A DNA stretch of 64,000 bases from an uncultured Mycoplasmatota bacterium. GTDB lineage: Bacteria > Bacillota_I > Bacilli_A > RF39 > UBA660. Made by a program: the position numbers and the translations under genes. Location: assembly GCA_900546055.1 (NCBI GenBank), contig URBG01000001.1, positions 21,169 through 85,168 on the forward strand. The letters run 5' to 3'. A model generated the notes under the pieces. It made no database searches. It worked only from the letters and a program-made list of their open reading frames with translations, and was not told the origin of the DNA. Below, piece by piece: positions 10,095-20,188 of the stretch (position 1 is the stretch's first letter; each line of letters begins with the position of its first letter).

Positions 10095-11036
10095 TTAGTG
10101 AAAAGTACTTTTTTTATAAGTTTTTTCAGTGTTTGGGTTACTACTTGTACTGAAATTAAAATGGTTATGGCCGGCTTTTATTATTTGGTTATTTAGAATA
10201 AGATACTGTGTAAAAGTGACCTTATGGAATCTTCCTGTGCTGTCTAATAGAAAATCACCGCTGACAAAGCCTGGAGGAAAGCCGTCTTTTGTTTCATCAC
10301 TTAATGTCATACAAAACATAGTTGGTGTATAATTATCTACTTTAAATTGGTAACGGTGACCATGGGCAGAAACTTTGCATGTACCATCAACTGATTTTAA
10401 GTCTCTAGCTTGATGAGCCATTGTTATTTCATCACTGCCAATTCTTAAGCGTTGGACACCAAAACCCAGAGATATTATATCATCTCTTTCAGCAGTTTCA
10501 TTTAAAAGTGTATGGAGATCTATACCAAGACTTCTTGTAAAATCTCCTTCATGGTTTCCTAATACATTTATATTAAGAATTCTTTCATCTTTTGGATAAT
10601 TTTCTAAAAAATAATATAGTTGTTCTAAATGGGTTTTGTGCATGTGAGGGTTTAGCAGTCCTTCTACTATGTCCCCTAAATTTATAATTATAGAATATCC
10701 GTTGTCAACTGCAAATTGATATAAAATTTTTGCATAATCTAAGTTTTCCTTTTTACTTCCAATGTGTTGATCGGCGGCAAAGAGAAAACTAACCTGATTA
10801 CCAGGAACGCCATAAAGTGTCGTGAAGGCGTTTGTTAGTTGTTTAGAAACTACAAATTTTTGCGTACCATTATAATATATTTGCCTATTAATGTTATAAC
10901 CATATCTTTTTAGCGTTTCTAATCTTCGTTTAAAGCTTTCTTTGTTTATCCCTAATTTTTTACAGATTAATTCATTTGGTGTTCCTTTGATTAATAAATC
11001 GATAAGTTGTTTATTTGTTTGTGATAGTTGTTCCAT
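10095..11036 (-). CDS. calcineurin-like metallophosphoesterase with N-terminal HTH
   Basis: N-terminal HTH (ELICKKLGINKESFKRRLETL); phosphoesterase motifs D-x-H, GDIVEG, GNHE, GH. 43 bp upstream of the response regulator. Confidence 0.65.
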   Translation of the reverse strand: MEQLSQTNKQLIDLLIKGTPNELICKKLGINKESFKRRLETLKRYGYNINRQIYYNGTQKFVVSKQLTNAFTTLYGVPGNQVSFLFAADQHIGSKKENLDYAKILYQFAVDNGYSIIINLGDIVEGLLNPHMHKTHLEQLYYFLENYPKDERILNINVLGNHEGDFTRSLGIDLHTLLNETAERDDIISLGFGVQRLRIGSDEITMAHQARDLKSVDGTCKVSAHGHRYQFKVDNYTPTMFCMTLSDETKDGFPPGFVSGDFLLDSTGRFHKVTFTQYLILNNQIIKAGHNHFNFSTSSNPNTEKTYKKSTFH

Positions 11037-11131
11037 GTTGTTTCCCCCTATACTGCTTAATTAAATTGTAATTCCTTACTACGACTTTGTCAATATACAA
11101 ACAAAAAGAAATGGTTTGTTTTCCATTTCTT

Positions 11132-11932
11132 CTATAAAAATAATATAACTAATGCGCCTGCAATAATACAGTAGTAAACGAAATATATAAGTTTGCCTTT
11201 AAGCATTATATTTCTAAACCATTTTGTTGCGAAGAATGTAACTATACAAGCAGCTATTGCTCCTACGATATAGCACATTAATAAGTTAGGCTCAATTCCT
11301 GTTTCAGCGATATCTTTTACACCTAAAGCCATAGTGGCTAAGGTGATTGGAATATATAACATGAATGAGAATTTGAAAGCGGTTTCTCTTTTTAAACCTG
11401 AGAACATACCACCTACTAAAGTAGCGCCACTGCGGCTAATTCCTGGAAGTAGTGCGACTACTTGAAATAAACCGATTTGTAAAGCATCTTTAAAGGTAAT
11501 TTGTTCATCATCTTTACGTCCTTTTAGTTTTCTAATTAAGAATAGGAATAAAGCGGTTATTAGTAAAGCAACTCCAACAAATTTTACATCACTTAAATGT
11601 TCACTAATAAAATCTTTGGTTAATACACCAACAATGCCTGCTGGAATTGTTCCAATAATTATTAACAAGCAGTATTTAAATCCACTTTGGTATTCGGCTT
11701 TTTTCGTTTTGATATACATAAAGAAGTCTTTAATTAATTTAGCAATGTCTTTTCTAAAAATAATAACAATTGCAATAAAACTACCAAAATTAGATATAAT
11801 TTCAAAATTCAAATCATTTAAAGCTTCAACATTAAAAATGTTTTTAAATATTACTAAATGCCCACTAGATGAAACGGGTATTGGCTCAGTAAATCCTTGG
11901 ATTATTCCTAAAATTAAATATATAAGTAACAT
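11132..11932 (-). CDS. uppP: undecaprenyl-diphosphatase UppP (BacA)
   Basis: 8-TM protein with SGHL… and PGISRSGAT motifs. Confidence 0.9.
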   Translation of the reverse strand: MLLIYLILGIIQGFTEPIPVSSSGHLVIFKNIFNVEALNDLNFEIISNFGSFIAIVIIFRKDIAKLIKDFFMYIKTKKAEYQSGFKYCLLIIIGTIPAGIVGVLTKDFISEHLSDVKFVGVALLITALFLFLIRKLKGRKDDEQITFKDALQIGLFQVVALLPGISRSGATLVGGMFSGLKRETAFKFSFMLYIPITLATMALGVKDIAETGIEPNLLMCYIVGAIAACIVTFFATKWFRNIMLKGKLIYFVYYCIIAGALVILFL

Positions 11933-11982
11933 AAATCATCCTCCACTATAATTAAGTATATAATAAATACTAGTTAATTATA

Positions 11983-12423
11983 TCATTTATTTTTGACTTT
12001 CACAATTAAAAGTTCTAAATTAGATATTAATTTTACATCATCTTCTTTAGTTCTTTTTTTGGGTCCTTTTATTTTAAAACCTTGACGTCTTAATCTTTTA
12101 TTCATATGACGAGATAGCATTAGACTATCAATATTTGAATCATCGTAAATTAGCCCTTTGGGATTTATGGCATAGGCTTCTTTGGCTAAGACAGTGGTTG
12201 CTACTCCATAATCTTGAGTTATAACAATGTCATCTTTTTTAACGGTATTAGCAATATATAAATCAACGCTGTCATTTCCTTGATCGACATATATTATTTT
12301 ACTGTAATCAGAGTTTAATATTCTATTAGGGTCACTACAGATTAAAGTTTTAATTTGATGTTTTTTAGCGGTATCTTCGATTAATTTTATGCTTGGGCAA
12401 GCATCAGCGTCAATTATTATCAT
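11983..12423 (-). CDS. YaiI/YqxD-family protein (DUF188, UPF0178)
   Basis: MIIIDADACP… N-terminus and size match the family. Confidence 0.65.
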   Translation of the reverse strand: MIIIDADACPSIKLIEDTAKKHQIKTLICSDPNRILNSDYSKIIYVDQGNDSVDLYIANTVKKDDIVITQDYGVATTVLAKEAYAINPKGLIYDDSNIDSLMLSRHMNKRLRRQGFKIKGPKKRTKEDDVKLISNLELLIVKVKNK

Positions 12424-12450
12424 ATTGTTCCTTTCTATAAGAAAAAAGCC

Positions 12451-12828
12451 TTAAGCGGCTTTATCAAATACTTTTTGATGACTAGGAGTATCTATTTCGA
12501 CACTTATAGTTGTTGCTTCCCCTGTTGGATAAGCAATGTTGTAAATGTTTTTCCATTCTCCCTGAGCGTCTTTAATCCCCTCAAAGTTTTGGACTTTACT
12601 ATAAGGTACCATGTTATCGATATCTTTTTGGAATGTTGCCTGAGTTCTATTTAAACCAAAGCTAACACTATAGATAACGGTTTCAGTTTGTTTTTCGATA
12701 GGTTCATCAATACTTTGCCATTCGTTTAGAAAACGGGCTAGAACTTCTTCTTTTGAGCTTGAATTAGCCAATTCTTCTTTAAATGCTTCTAAAGTATTTC
12801 TATCCATTATATCAATTAAATTTGGCAT
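12451..12828 (-). CDS. hypothetical protein
   Basis: Start moved to the ATG at 12828 (MPNLIDIM…), which sits 7 nt after a GGAGG RBS. The longer track ORF would overlap the upstream gene. Confidence 0.4.
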   Translation of the reverse strand: MPNLIDIMDRNTLEAFKEELANSSSKEEVLARFLNEWQSIDEPIEKQTETVIYSVSFGLNRTQATFQKDIDNMVPYSKVQNFEGIKDAQGEWKNIYNIAYPTGEATTISVEIDTPSHQKVFDKAA

Positions 12829-12910
12829 ATTCATTCCTCCAATTCGTACTTTTAGATTATACACTCTTTTTAAAGATATGTCAAATGGTGTACAATTATG
12901 ATTTATTTTG

Positions 12911-13603
12911 CTATTTCTCTTGATTTTTTTGATAAGTCTTTGTAAGAGTGTAGTGATTAGGGATTGGCTCATTTTCTAAAAAACTCTCTTCTAAGTTTGA
13001 ATTACGGTCTAATTTATCATTAGCTATTTTCCAAGTATAATCCCGCCATTTCTCAATGGAAATCGGCATGTGCATGTATGGATTTTCAAAATGAGTGCAT
13101 TCACATAAAACTACACTAAAAGGAAGCGATTGTTCATTTGCAGCTTGAATAATCGAAGTGGTTGCATCACAAGGTTTAAATCCAATAATTGTATCATATC
13201 CGGTGATATCCATAGCTTGAGTAAATTCGGCTTTTACAAGGCGAAGATTCGATAATTTATCAATGGTTAAATTAGGATCCATGACTGTTACGCTTTTAAC
13301 TGAGGGTATTTGAATTAACTTTTGGGCAAGGGCTGGATAATAGCCGCACCCTACTTCTAAAATATTACCACTTAGTAAATTTTTTTGTGCGAGATGTTTG
13401 ATAAATTTTAAATATAAATTTTCGTCGTCTCTAATTAAACTCAGCCCGCTTTTTAACTGTAATATTATGTCCGGAATTACTTTAAAATCTTCTTCATAAA
13501 AGCAAAAATTGTCATATATAAATTCTAATGCTTCATCTGGATAATTATCTATATCGATTCCTAACTTTTTTATCATCTGTTTTAACTTTTTTACTTTTAC
13601 CAT
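12911..13603 (-). CDS. hypothetical protein, possible Rossmann/SAM-methyltransferase-like fold
   Basis: ILEVGCGYYPALAQKL resembles MTase motif I; the other motifs are unclear. Confidence 0.35.
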   Translation of the reverse strand: MVKVKKLKQMIKKLGIDIDNYPDEALEFIYDNFCFYEEDFKVIPDIILQLKSGLSLIRDDENLYLKFIKHLAQKNLLSGNILEVGCGYYPALAQKLIQIPSVKSVTVMDPNLTIDKLSNLRLVKAEFTQAMDITGYDTIIGFKPCDATTSIIQAANEQSLPFSVVLCECTHFENPYMHMPISIEKWRDYTWKIANDKLDRNSNLEESFLENEPIPNHYTLTKTYQKNQEK

Positions 13604-13673
13604 TTTATCACTTCACTTATATATTAATATTTTAACTATTTTTTGTTTTTTGTCAAGCAAAAAGAATAGTAAA

Positions 13674-15500
13674 CTATTCTTCAAATTGTGAATTATATAG
13701 TTTAGCGTAGAAACCACCTTTTTTAAGAAGTTCTTCGTGATTTCCTTGTTCAACGATATCGCCTTCATTTAGTACTAAAATAAGATCAGCGTTTTTTATT
13801 GTCGATAAACGGTGAGCAATTATAAAGCTTGTTCTTCCTTGCATTAAATTATCCATGGCTTTTTGAATTAAAACTTCTGTTCTAGTATCAACACTACTAG
13901 TGGCTTCATCTAATATCAAAATTTTTGGATCAGCAAGGATTACTCTAGCAATTGTTAGTAATTGCTTTTGCCCTGAGGAAATGTTACTTGATTCTTCGTT
14001 AATTTCCATTTTATAACCATCTGGTAATGTTTTGATGTAATGGTCGATGTGAGCAGCTTTAGCTGTTTCAATAACTTCGTTATGGGTAGCATCTAGTTTG
14101 CCATATTTAATATTGTCTTCTATACTACCGCTAAATAACCAAGTGTCTTGTAATACCATCCCAAAATTGCTTCTTAATTTACTACGCTGATAATCTTTAA
14201 TGTTGTGTCCATCAATAGAAATTTCGCCTTTATTAACGTCATAAAAACGCATTAATAGTTTAACCAAAGTTGTTTTACCAGCCCCGGTTGGACCAACAAT
14301 AGCGACTTTAGTTCCGGCTTTAATATTAGCACTAAAATCTTTGATAATGATTTTGTCTTCGCTATATCCAAAAGATACATGGTTGAATTCGATATTACCT
14401 TTTATTTGTGAACCATCTAAAGCGTTTTTAATGTCTTCTGGTTCCTCTTTTTCATCTAAAAATTCGAACACTCTTTCACTTGCGGCCATTAAAGCTTGAA
14501 TTAAATTAGCAATTTGTGATACTTGGGATATTGGTTGGGTAAAGTTTCTGATATATTGAGTAAACGAAACAATAGAACCAACTTCAAGTTTATTTTTGAT
14601 TACTAAGAATCCTCCCAGAATAACGACTACAACGTAACCTAGATTACCGATGAATTTCATCATTGGTTGCATCATGCCTGATAGGAATTGACTTTTCCAA
14701 CCTGATTCATATAAAGTGTCATTTAATTCTTTAAACTGTTTTGAAGCCTTTTCTTCGCCATTAAACGCTTTTACAATGCTATGCCCACCATAAGTTTCTT
14801 CGATGTGACCATTTATTTTTCCTAAGTAGTTTTGTTGAGTCATAAAGTATTTTTGTGATTTACTGACAATGATGAACATGATTAAAACGACAATTGGAAT
14901 AATGGCTAAAGCGGCTAAAGTCATAATGCCACTAATAGAAAGCATCATGACTAAGACACCAATCATCATAGTTACTGAAGAAATTAGCTGAGTTAAAGAT
15001 TGATTTAGATTCATACTTATAGTATCAACGTCGTTAGTAATTCTAGATAAGATGTCTCCAGATTGCTTTTTATCAAAATATTTCATTGGTAATTTGTTTA
15101 TTTTTTTGGCAATTTTTTGTCTTAAATCGTAAGAAAATTTTTGAGAAACACTGCTCATGATGAATCCTTGTATAAAGTTAAAAATGGTACTTAAAATATA
15201 TAAACCAACTAAAAGTAAAATTATATTACCTAGTTTGGTGAAATCAATACCACTACCACCGGATACTTTAGAAATTAGTCCATTAAAAATTTCAGTAGTG
15301 GCATTTCCTAATATTTTAGGGCCAAATATACTAAATATAACACTACCTATGGCAAATATAATAACAAAGAAAATTCCAATTTTATATTTACCTAAGGATT
15401 TTATTAAGCGTTTAAATGTTCCTTTAAAGTCTTTGGCCTTTTCGGTAGTCATTGCACGGCCACCACCCATAGGTCCTTTTGGAGCAGATTTACCATTCAT
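13674..15500 (-). CDS. ABC exporter, fused permease/ATPase subunit (heterodimer partner B)
   Basis: 6-TM TMD plus NBD (GPTGAGKTT, LSGGQKQ, ILILDEATS). The start ATG overlaps the upstream gene's stop (tcTAATATG) after an AAAGGAGGAGG RBS. Confidence 0.9.
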   Translation of the reverse strand: MNGKSAPKGPMGGGRAMTTEKAKDFKGTFKRLIKSLGKYKIGIFFVIIFAIGSVIFSIFGPKILGNATTEIFNGLISKVSGGSGIDFTKLGNIILLLVGLYILSTIFNFIQGFIMSSVSQKFSYDLRQKIAKKINKLPMKYFDKKQSGDILSRITNDVDTISMNLNQSLTQLISSVTMMIGVLVMMLSISGIMTLAALAIIPIVVLIMFIIVSKSQKYFMTQQNYLGKINGHIEETYGGHSIVKAFNGEEKASKQFKELNDTLYESGWKSQFLSGMMQPMMKFIGNLGYVVVVILGGFLVIKNKLEVGSIVSFTQYIRNFTQPISQVSQIANLIQALMAASERVFEFLDEKEEPEDIKNALDGSQIKGNIEFNHVSFGYSEDKIIIKDFSANIKAGTKVAIVGPTGAGKTTLVKLLMRFYDVNKGEISIDGHNIKDYQRSKLRSNFGMVLQDTWLFSGSIEDNIKYGKLDATHNEVIETAKAAHIDHYIKTLPDGYKMEINEESSNISSGQKQLLTIARVILADPKILILDEATSSVDTRTEVLIQKAMDNLMQGRTSFIIAHRLSTIKNADLILVLNEGDIVEQGNHEELLKKGGFYAKLYNSQFEE

Positions 15501-15501
15501 A

Positions 15502-17721
15502 TTAGACCTCCTCCTTTGATAATTGTGATAGAGCGATTTGCTTATAAATTTCACAATTTTCCATTAATTCTTTGTGAGTACCTTTACCTACTATTCTTCC
15601 TTCATCTAGAACAATGATTTGTTCGGCAGTCATAATGGTACTGATACGCTGAGCGACAATGATTACGGTTTTGTCCTTGGTAATAGTTTTCAAATCATGA
15701 CGAAGTTTAGAATCAGTTTTAAAGTCTAAGGCTGAGAAACTATCATCAAAGATGAATATTTCGGGATTGGTAGCGATAGCTCTTGCGATTGAAAGGCGTT
15801 GTCTTTGACCACCAGATACGTTTTTACCGCCTTGAGAGATTGGTGATTCAACACCTTTATCTAATTTACTAACAAATTCTTTAGATTGTGATATTTCTAA
15901 AGCTTTATCGATTTCTTCATCACTAGCGTTTTCATTGCCATAAGCAATATTAGATTTAATATCTCCAGAAAATAAGACACCTTTTTGGGGAACAAAACCA
16001 ATTTTTGATCTAAGGTTATGCATGGTTACATCTTTAATGTTAACGCCATCAACAAATATTTCCCCTTCTGTAGTATCGAAAAATCTTGGTATTAAATTAA
16101 TTACGGTGCTTTTACCACTCCCTGTTGAACCAATTAATGCAGTTGTTTCTCCAGGTTTGGCGGTGAAATTGATATCAGTTATAACGTCGTAATCAGCATC
16201 CGGATAGCGGAAGCTAACATTTTTGAATTCAACGTAGCCTTTTTTGTCTTCAATAAAATCTTTTGGATTTTTTGGATCAACAATAACGTTTTTAGTTGTA
16301 ATAACTTCGTTAACACGGTTTAATGATACTACGGCTCTTGGTAATACTACTGAGACCATAGAAATCATTAAGAATGACATAACTATTTCCATGGTATATT
16401 GCATGAAGGCCATCATGTCCCCTACTTGCATACTTCCGGTATTAATATAACCAGCACCTACCCAAACAATAACAACCATAATTAAGTTCATAATTAACAT
16501 CATTATAGGCATCATTAGAGCCATGGTACGGTTAACAAAAAGGTTTGTTTTCATTAAATCAACATTGGCTTTATCGAATCTTTTTTCTTCATGTTTTTCG
16601 CGGCTGAAGGCTCTGATAACGCTTAATCCGGATAGTATTTCTCGAGATACGAGGTTGATTTTATCAACTAATTTTTGAATTAGTTTAAATTTAGGCATGG
16701 CGACAATAAATAGGACCATAACAACGAAGAATATTAAAGCGACAGCTACAGCTATAATCCAAGTCATTGAAGTATTAGTATTTAAAACTTTTATTACACC
16801 ACCAATGGCCATGATTGGGGCATAGAAAACAACACGTAAAAGCATGACTGTTAACATTTGAATTTGCTGAATGTCATTGGTGCTTCTTGTTATTAGTGAT
16901 GCAGTCGAATAACGTTTAAATTCACTTGATGAAAAGTTAAGAACCTTATTAAATACAGAATCGCGGAGTCGTTGTCCTAAAGAAGCTGAAACTTTTGATG
17001 ATAAGAAGGCAACGATGATTGTTAAGATCATACTTATCATGGCAATACCAAGCATGAGTAATCCTGTTTGGATAACATAATTGGTTTGAATATCACCAGT
17101 ATCAACACCAATGGATTCATATTCAGCTTTAACTAAGTTAATAGAAGCTTGGGATATAATAGATGGCTCCATTTTTTCTAATTCTTTATTTACTTCTTTT
17201 AGTAATTTATTAATGCTTTCCTCTGGCATCTGTTTTAAAATTGTATAGATATCAACTTTATCTAGAGCACCATCATTTGGCATATTTTCTAAAAGTTTTT
17301 GTTTTATTTGAACGGCAGTTTTTTCGTTAGTTAAATAACTATCAATCATTAAGGCACGCTCAAAAAAATCATTTAAGATGTTTTTATCATTAGTTTTTTG
17401 ATCTTTGAGAATATAAATATCTTCTTTTTCTAATGCTGGATATTTATCAATGTTCTCTTTATTTTTATCTAATTTTTTATAATTTTCTTTAACGCTTTTC
17501 TTTTCATTATCGTCAGCAAAAATAAGCAAATTATCTAATTTACTTTGACGAATAACGTCCGGAATTGAATTTTTAATTCCAGATTGCTGAATACCAACGT
17601 TAACCATATTTGAAGTATATTCAGGCAGTGATAGGTCGCAGTAAGCTTGGATTACAAGTAATATGAAAATGAAAAGGATTGCTAATTTAGATTTTTTGAG
17701 ATATTTAAATAGGTTGTTCAT
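15502..17721 (-). CDS. ABC exporter, fused permease/ATPase subunit (partner A) with long N-terminal extracytoplasmic domain
   Basis: N-terminal TM, about 190-aa hydrophilic domain, then a 5-6 TM TMD and an NBD (GSTGSGKST, VSGGQRQR, IFIFDDSFS). Confidence 0.9.
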   Translation of the reverse strand: MNNLFKYLKKSKLAILFIFILLVIQAYCDLSLPEYTSNMVNVGIQQSGIKNSIPDVIRQSKLDNLLIFADDNEKKSVKENYKKLDKNKENIDKYPALEKEDIYILKDQKTNDKNILNDFFERALMIDSYLTNEKTAVQIKQKLLENMPNDGALDKVDIYTILKQMPEESINKLLKEVNKELEKMEPSIISQASINLVKAEYESIGVDTGDIQTNYVIQTGLLMLGIAMISMILTIIVAFLSSKVSASLGQRLRDSVFNKVLNFSSSEFKRYSTASLITRSTNDIQQIQMLTVMLLRVVFYAPIMAIGGVIKVLNTNTSMTWIIAVAVALIFFVVMVLFIVAMPKFKLIQKLVDKINLVSREILSGLSVIRAFSREKHEEKRFDKANVDLMKTNLFVNRTMALMMPIMMLIMNLIMVVIVWVGAGYINTGSMQVGDMMAFMQYTMEIVMSFLMISMVSVVLPRAVVSLNRVNEVITTKNVIVDPKNPKDFIEDKKGYVEFKNVSFRYPDADYDVITDINFTAKPGETTALIGSTGSGKSTVINLIPRFFDTTEGEIFVDGVNIKDVTMHNLRSKIGFVPQKGVLFSGDIKSNIAYGNENASDEEIDKALEISQSKEFVSKLDKGVESPISQGGKNVSGGQRQRLSIARAIATNPEIFIFDDSFSALDFKTDSKLRHDLKTITKDKTVIIVAQRISTIMTAEQIIVLDEGRIVGKGTHKELMENCEIYKQIALSQLSKEEV

Positions 17722-17821
17722 GGTTCCTCCTTTTTAGAAAATAAAAAGCTTTATTATAAGCTTTTTTAAGTATATTCCATTTAAAATTATATGTCAACTG
17801 GTATAAAATAATTTTGGTTAT

Positions 17822-18664
17822 TTAGTTATTTATATGGTGTCTAATTGACATTGTATCTTTGGTTATTCTAGCGAATGTATAACCGTTTTCTTTAGCGTAT
17901 TTAATGATTTCTGGAAGTGCTTCAACTGTGGATTTTTTAGCGGCTGTATCATGCATAAGAATAATATTAGTCCCATGATGTAAGTTCAGTTTGGTATTAT
18001 GAATGATTTGATCTTTGGTTAATTTGCCAGAGGCATCACCTGAATCTACATTCCAATCAAAATAATAGTAGTTATTATTATTTAAAGTTGTGGTTATTCT
18101 AGTGACGATACCTTTATTATATTTTTTACTTACGGTATTAGAACTGCCACCAGGGAGACGAACAATACGTGAGTGGTGTCCAGTAATATTATAAACTTTA
18201 TCGTTTATTTGTTTCAGATCATTAAAGTAATTGTCATCGCTGGAATAGACATATTTATAATTATGAGTAAATGTGTGAAGTCCAATAGTATGACCTTCAT
18301 TATAAGCGCGGCTAACAGTATTTGAATATTCATCTATATGGCTGCCTATTACAAAGAATGTTGCCGGAACATTTTCTTTATTTAAAATATTTAATATGTC
18401 ATTTGTTAAATAACTTGGTCCATCGTCAAAGGTTAAATATATTGTTTTATCAGATACTATTGAAGGAATAATTTCTTTTCTTTCTTCTTTTGGACGATGT
18501 TTTTTGATCGGAAGATCGGTACTGGGATTAACGAAGGCTTTAGGGATTTCTTCATTTATTTTTTTTATGGTTATTTTAGGACTTGAAAGATAAACGATGT
18601 TTAAAAAAATTAAAATTAGAAATGTTGCAAGAATTGTAAATTTTGTGATTATCTCTTTATGCAT
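17822..18664 (-). CDS. polysaccharide deacetylase (NodB-homology, PgdA-like)
   Basis: TFDDGPS, HTFTHNY, RLPGGSS motifs; N-terminal signal anchor. Confidence 0.85.
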   Translation of the reverse strand: MHKEIITKFTILATFLILIFLNIVYLSSPKITIKKINEEIPKAFVNPSTDLPIKKHRPKEERKEIIPSIVSDKTIYLTFDDGPSYLTNDILNILNKENVPATFFVIGSHIDEYSNTVSRAYNEGHTIGLHTFTHNYKYVYSSDDNYFNDLKQINDKVYNITGHHSRIVRLPGGSSNTVSKKYNKGIVTRITTTLNNNNYYYFDWNVDSGDASGKLTKDQIIHNTKLNLHHGTNIILMHDTAAKKSTVEALPEIIKYAKENGYTFARITKDTMSIRHHINN

Positions 18665-18723
18665 AGTACTTCACCTTATATTTATTATATCATTTTTTCT
18701 TCAAAAAAACCACGATTGTAGCC

Positions 18724-20109
18724 TTAATTGTTGATGTGATGATGATAAGGCGTGGTACTTGAAGTTATACGGTCAAATGTATAGCCATTTTGTTTACCAT
18801 ATCTGATGATATTTCTTAATGCGTCCTTGGTATAAGTGTTGATGTCGTGCATGAGAATGATATTAGCTTTGTTTTTACTTAGGCCTTTAACGACATTATT
18901 ATAAACGCCACTGGCGGTTTTGGTTTCACCAGCATCACCGGATGAAACATTCCAATCATAATATTGATATCCCCTATTTATAACCTCTTTTGAAAGAGTC
19001 GTCATAATGCCTTTGGAGTATTTACGACTAACTGTATTAGAAGATCCCCCGGCAAATCTAATTATTTTCGGATCATAGCCTGTGATATTTTTAACACGGT
19101 CTTCGGCTTTTTTAATATCATTAAAGAAACCTTCAACTGAAGAATAACATGTTTTATAATTATGAGAAAAAGTATGGATTGCAACGGTGTGTCCTTCATC
19201 GTATTCGCGTTTAATTAAATTATCAGGGCCATGTCCAGTTATGAAAAATGTGGCTTTAACATTTTCCTCTTTTAAAATATCGAGGATAAGATTGGTCGTT
19301 CCTTGTTTTGGACCGTCATCAAAAGTTAAATAAATGGTTCCGGCTTTACCTGTACCATTTGCGACAGCGCGGCCAATTACTTTAACGGTTCTAGTAATGG
19401 TTGCTTGATTATTTTTACTATCAAGAACACTGTAAGTTATAGTATAGGTTCCGATTTTTGAAGTATCAACGCGGCCACTTGTTACAATTTTATTACTGAT
19501 ATCGCCATCGCAGTTATCAATGGCTGATACTCCAGGATCTTTATAGTTAGTGCCAACTACTATTTCAGTATGTTGACTTCCTTTTAATGTTAAAGTTGGA
19601 GCTGTTTTGTCATCATATGTAAGTTTCCTGCTCTTTTTGGCTTTATTACCTGATGAATCTTTAACTGTATAGATAACTTCGTCTTTTTTTAAGTTAGCTT
19701 TTATTTTACTGCTGATATCACCATCGTAATTGTCATTTGCTTTAGCGCCTTCATCTTGATATGTTTTATTAGGGCAGACTAATGTTTCTTCGTTTCCGTT
19801 TAAAGTGATCTCTGGCGCTTGTTTATCAATTACTTTTACTGATTCGGTTTTAGTAAATTCTATAAAACCAATTTTTACTTTATATGTAATATTATAACTT
19901 CCTAATTTGTCAGTTTTTACTTTACTAATAACTTTAGTTTTTGGGGTATAGTCAATACCAAATCTTGTTACTTTTAAATCTTCTTTATATTTTTCTCCAA
20001 TATTTACTTCATGATTTTTTAAAGTAAATGTTGGTGGAACAAATAAATATATCAATGTTCCGATTATTAATAAAGAAATTACTGCAATTATTACATACTT
20101 CCACTTCAT
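18724..20109 (-). CDS. polysaccharide deacetylase with two Ig-like (DUF5011-type) repeats
   Basis: C-terminal NodB domain paralogous to the 17822..18664 product (TFDDGPK, HTFSHNY, RFAGGSS). Two internal repeats APEITLNG…NDNYDGDIS / APTLTLKG…IDNCDGDIS. Confidence 0.85.
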   Translation of the reverse strand: MKWKYVIIAVISLLIIGTLIYLFVPPTFTLKNHEVNIGEKYKEDLKVTRFGIDYTPKTKVISKVKTDKLGSYNITYKVKIGFIEFTKTESVKVIDKQAPEITLNGNEETLVCPNKTYQDEGAKANDNYDGDISSKIKANLKKDEVIYTVKDSSGNKAKKSRKLTYDDKTAPTLTLKGSQHTEIVVGTNYKDPGVSAIDNCDGDISNKIVTSGRVDTSKIGTYTITYSVLDSKNNQATITRTVKVIGRAVANGTGKAGTIYLTFDDGPKQGTTNLILDILKEENVKATFFITGHGPDNLIKREYDEGHTVAIHTFSHNYKTCYSSVEGFFNDIKKAEDRVKNITGYDPKIIRFAGGSSNTVSRKYSKGIMTTLSKEVINRGYQYYDWNVSSGDAGETKTASGVYNNVVKGLSKNKANIILMHDINTYTKDALRNIIRYGKQNGYTFDRITSSTTPYHHHINN

Positions 20110-20188
20110 AGCATACCACCAATTTTAGTATACCACGTTTAAATGCTTTTACAATTATTTTAAAAGAAAAGTTCATAATAAATGAACT

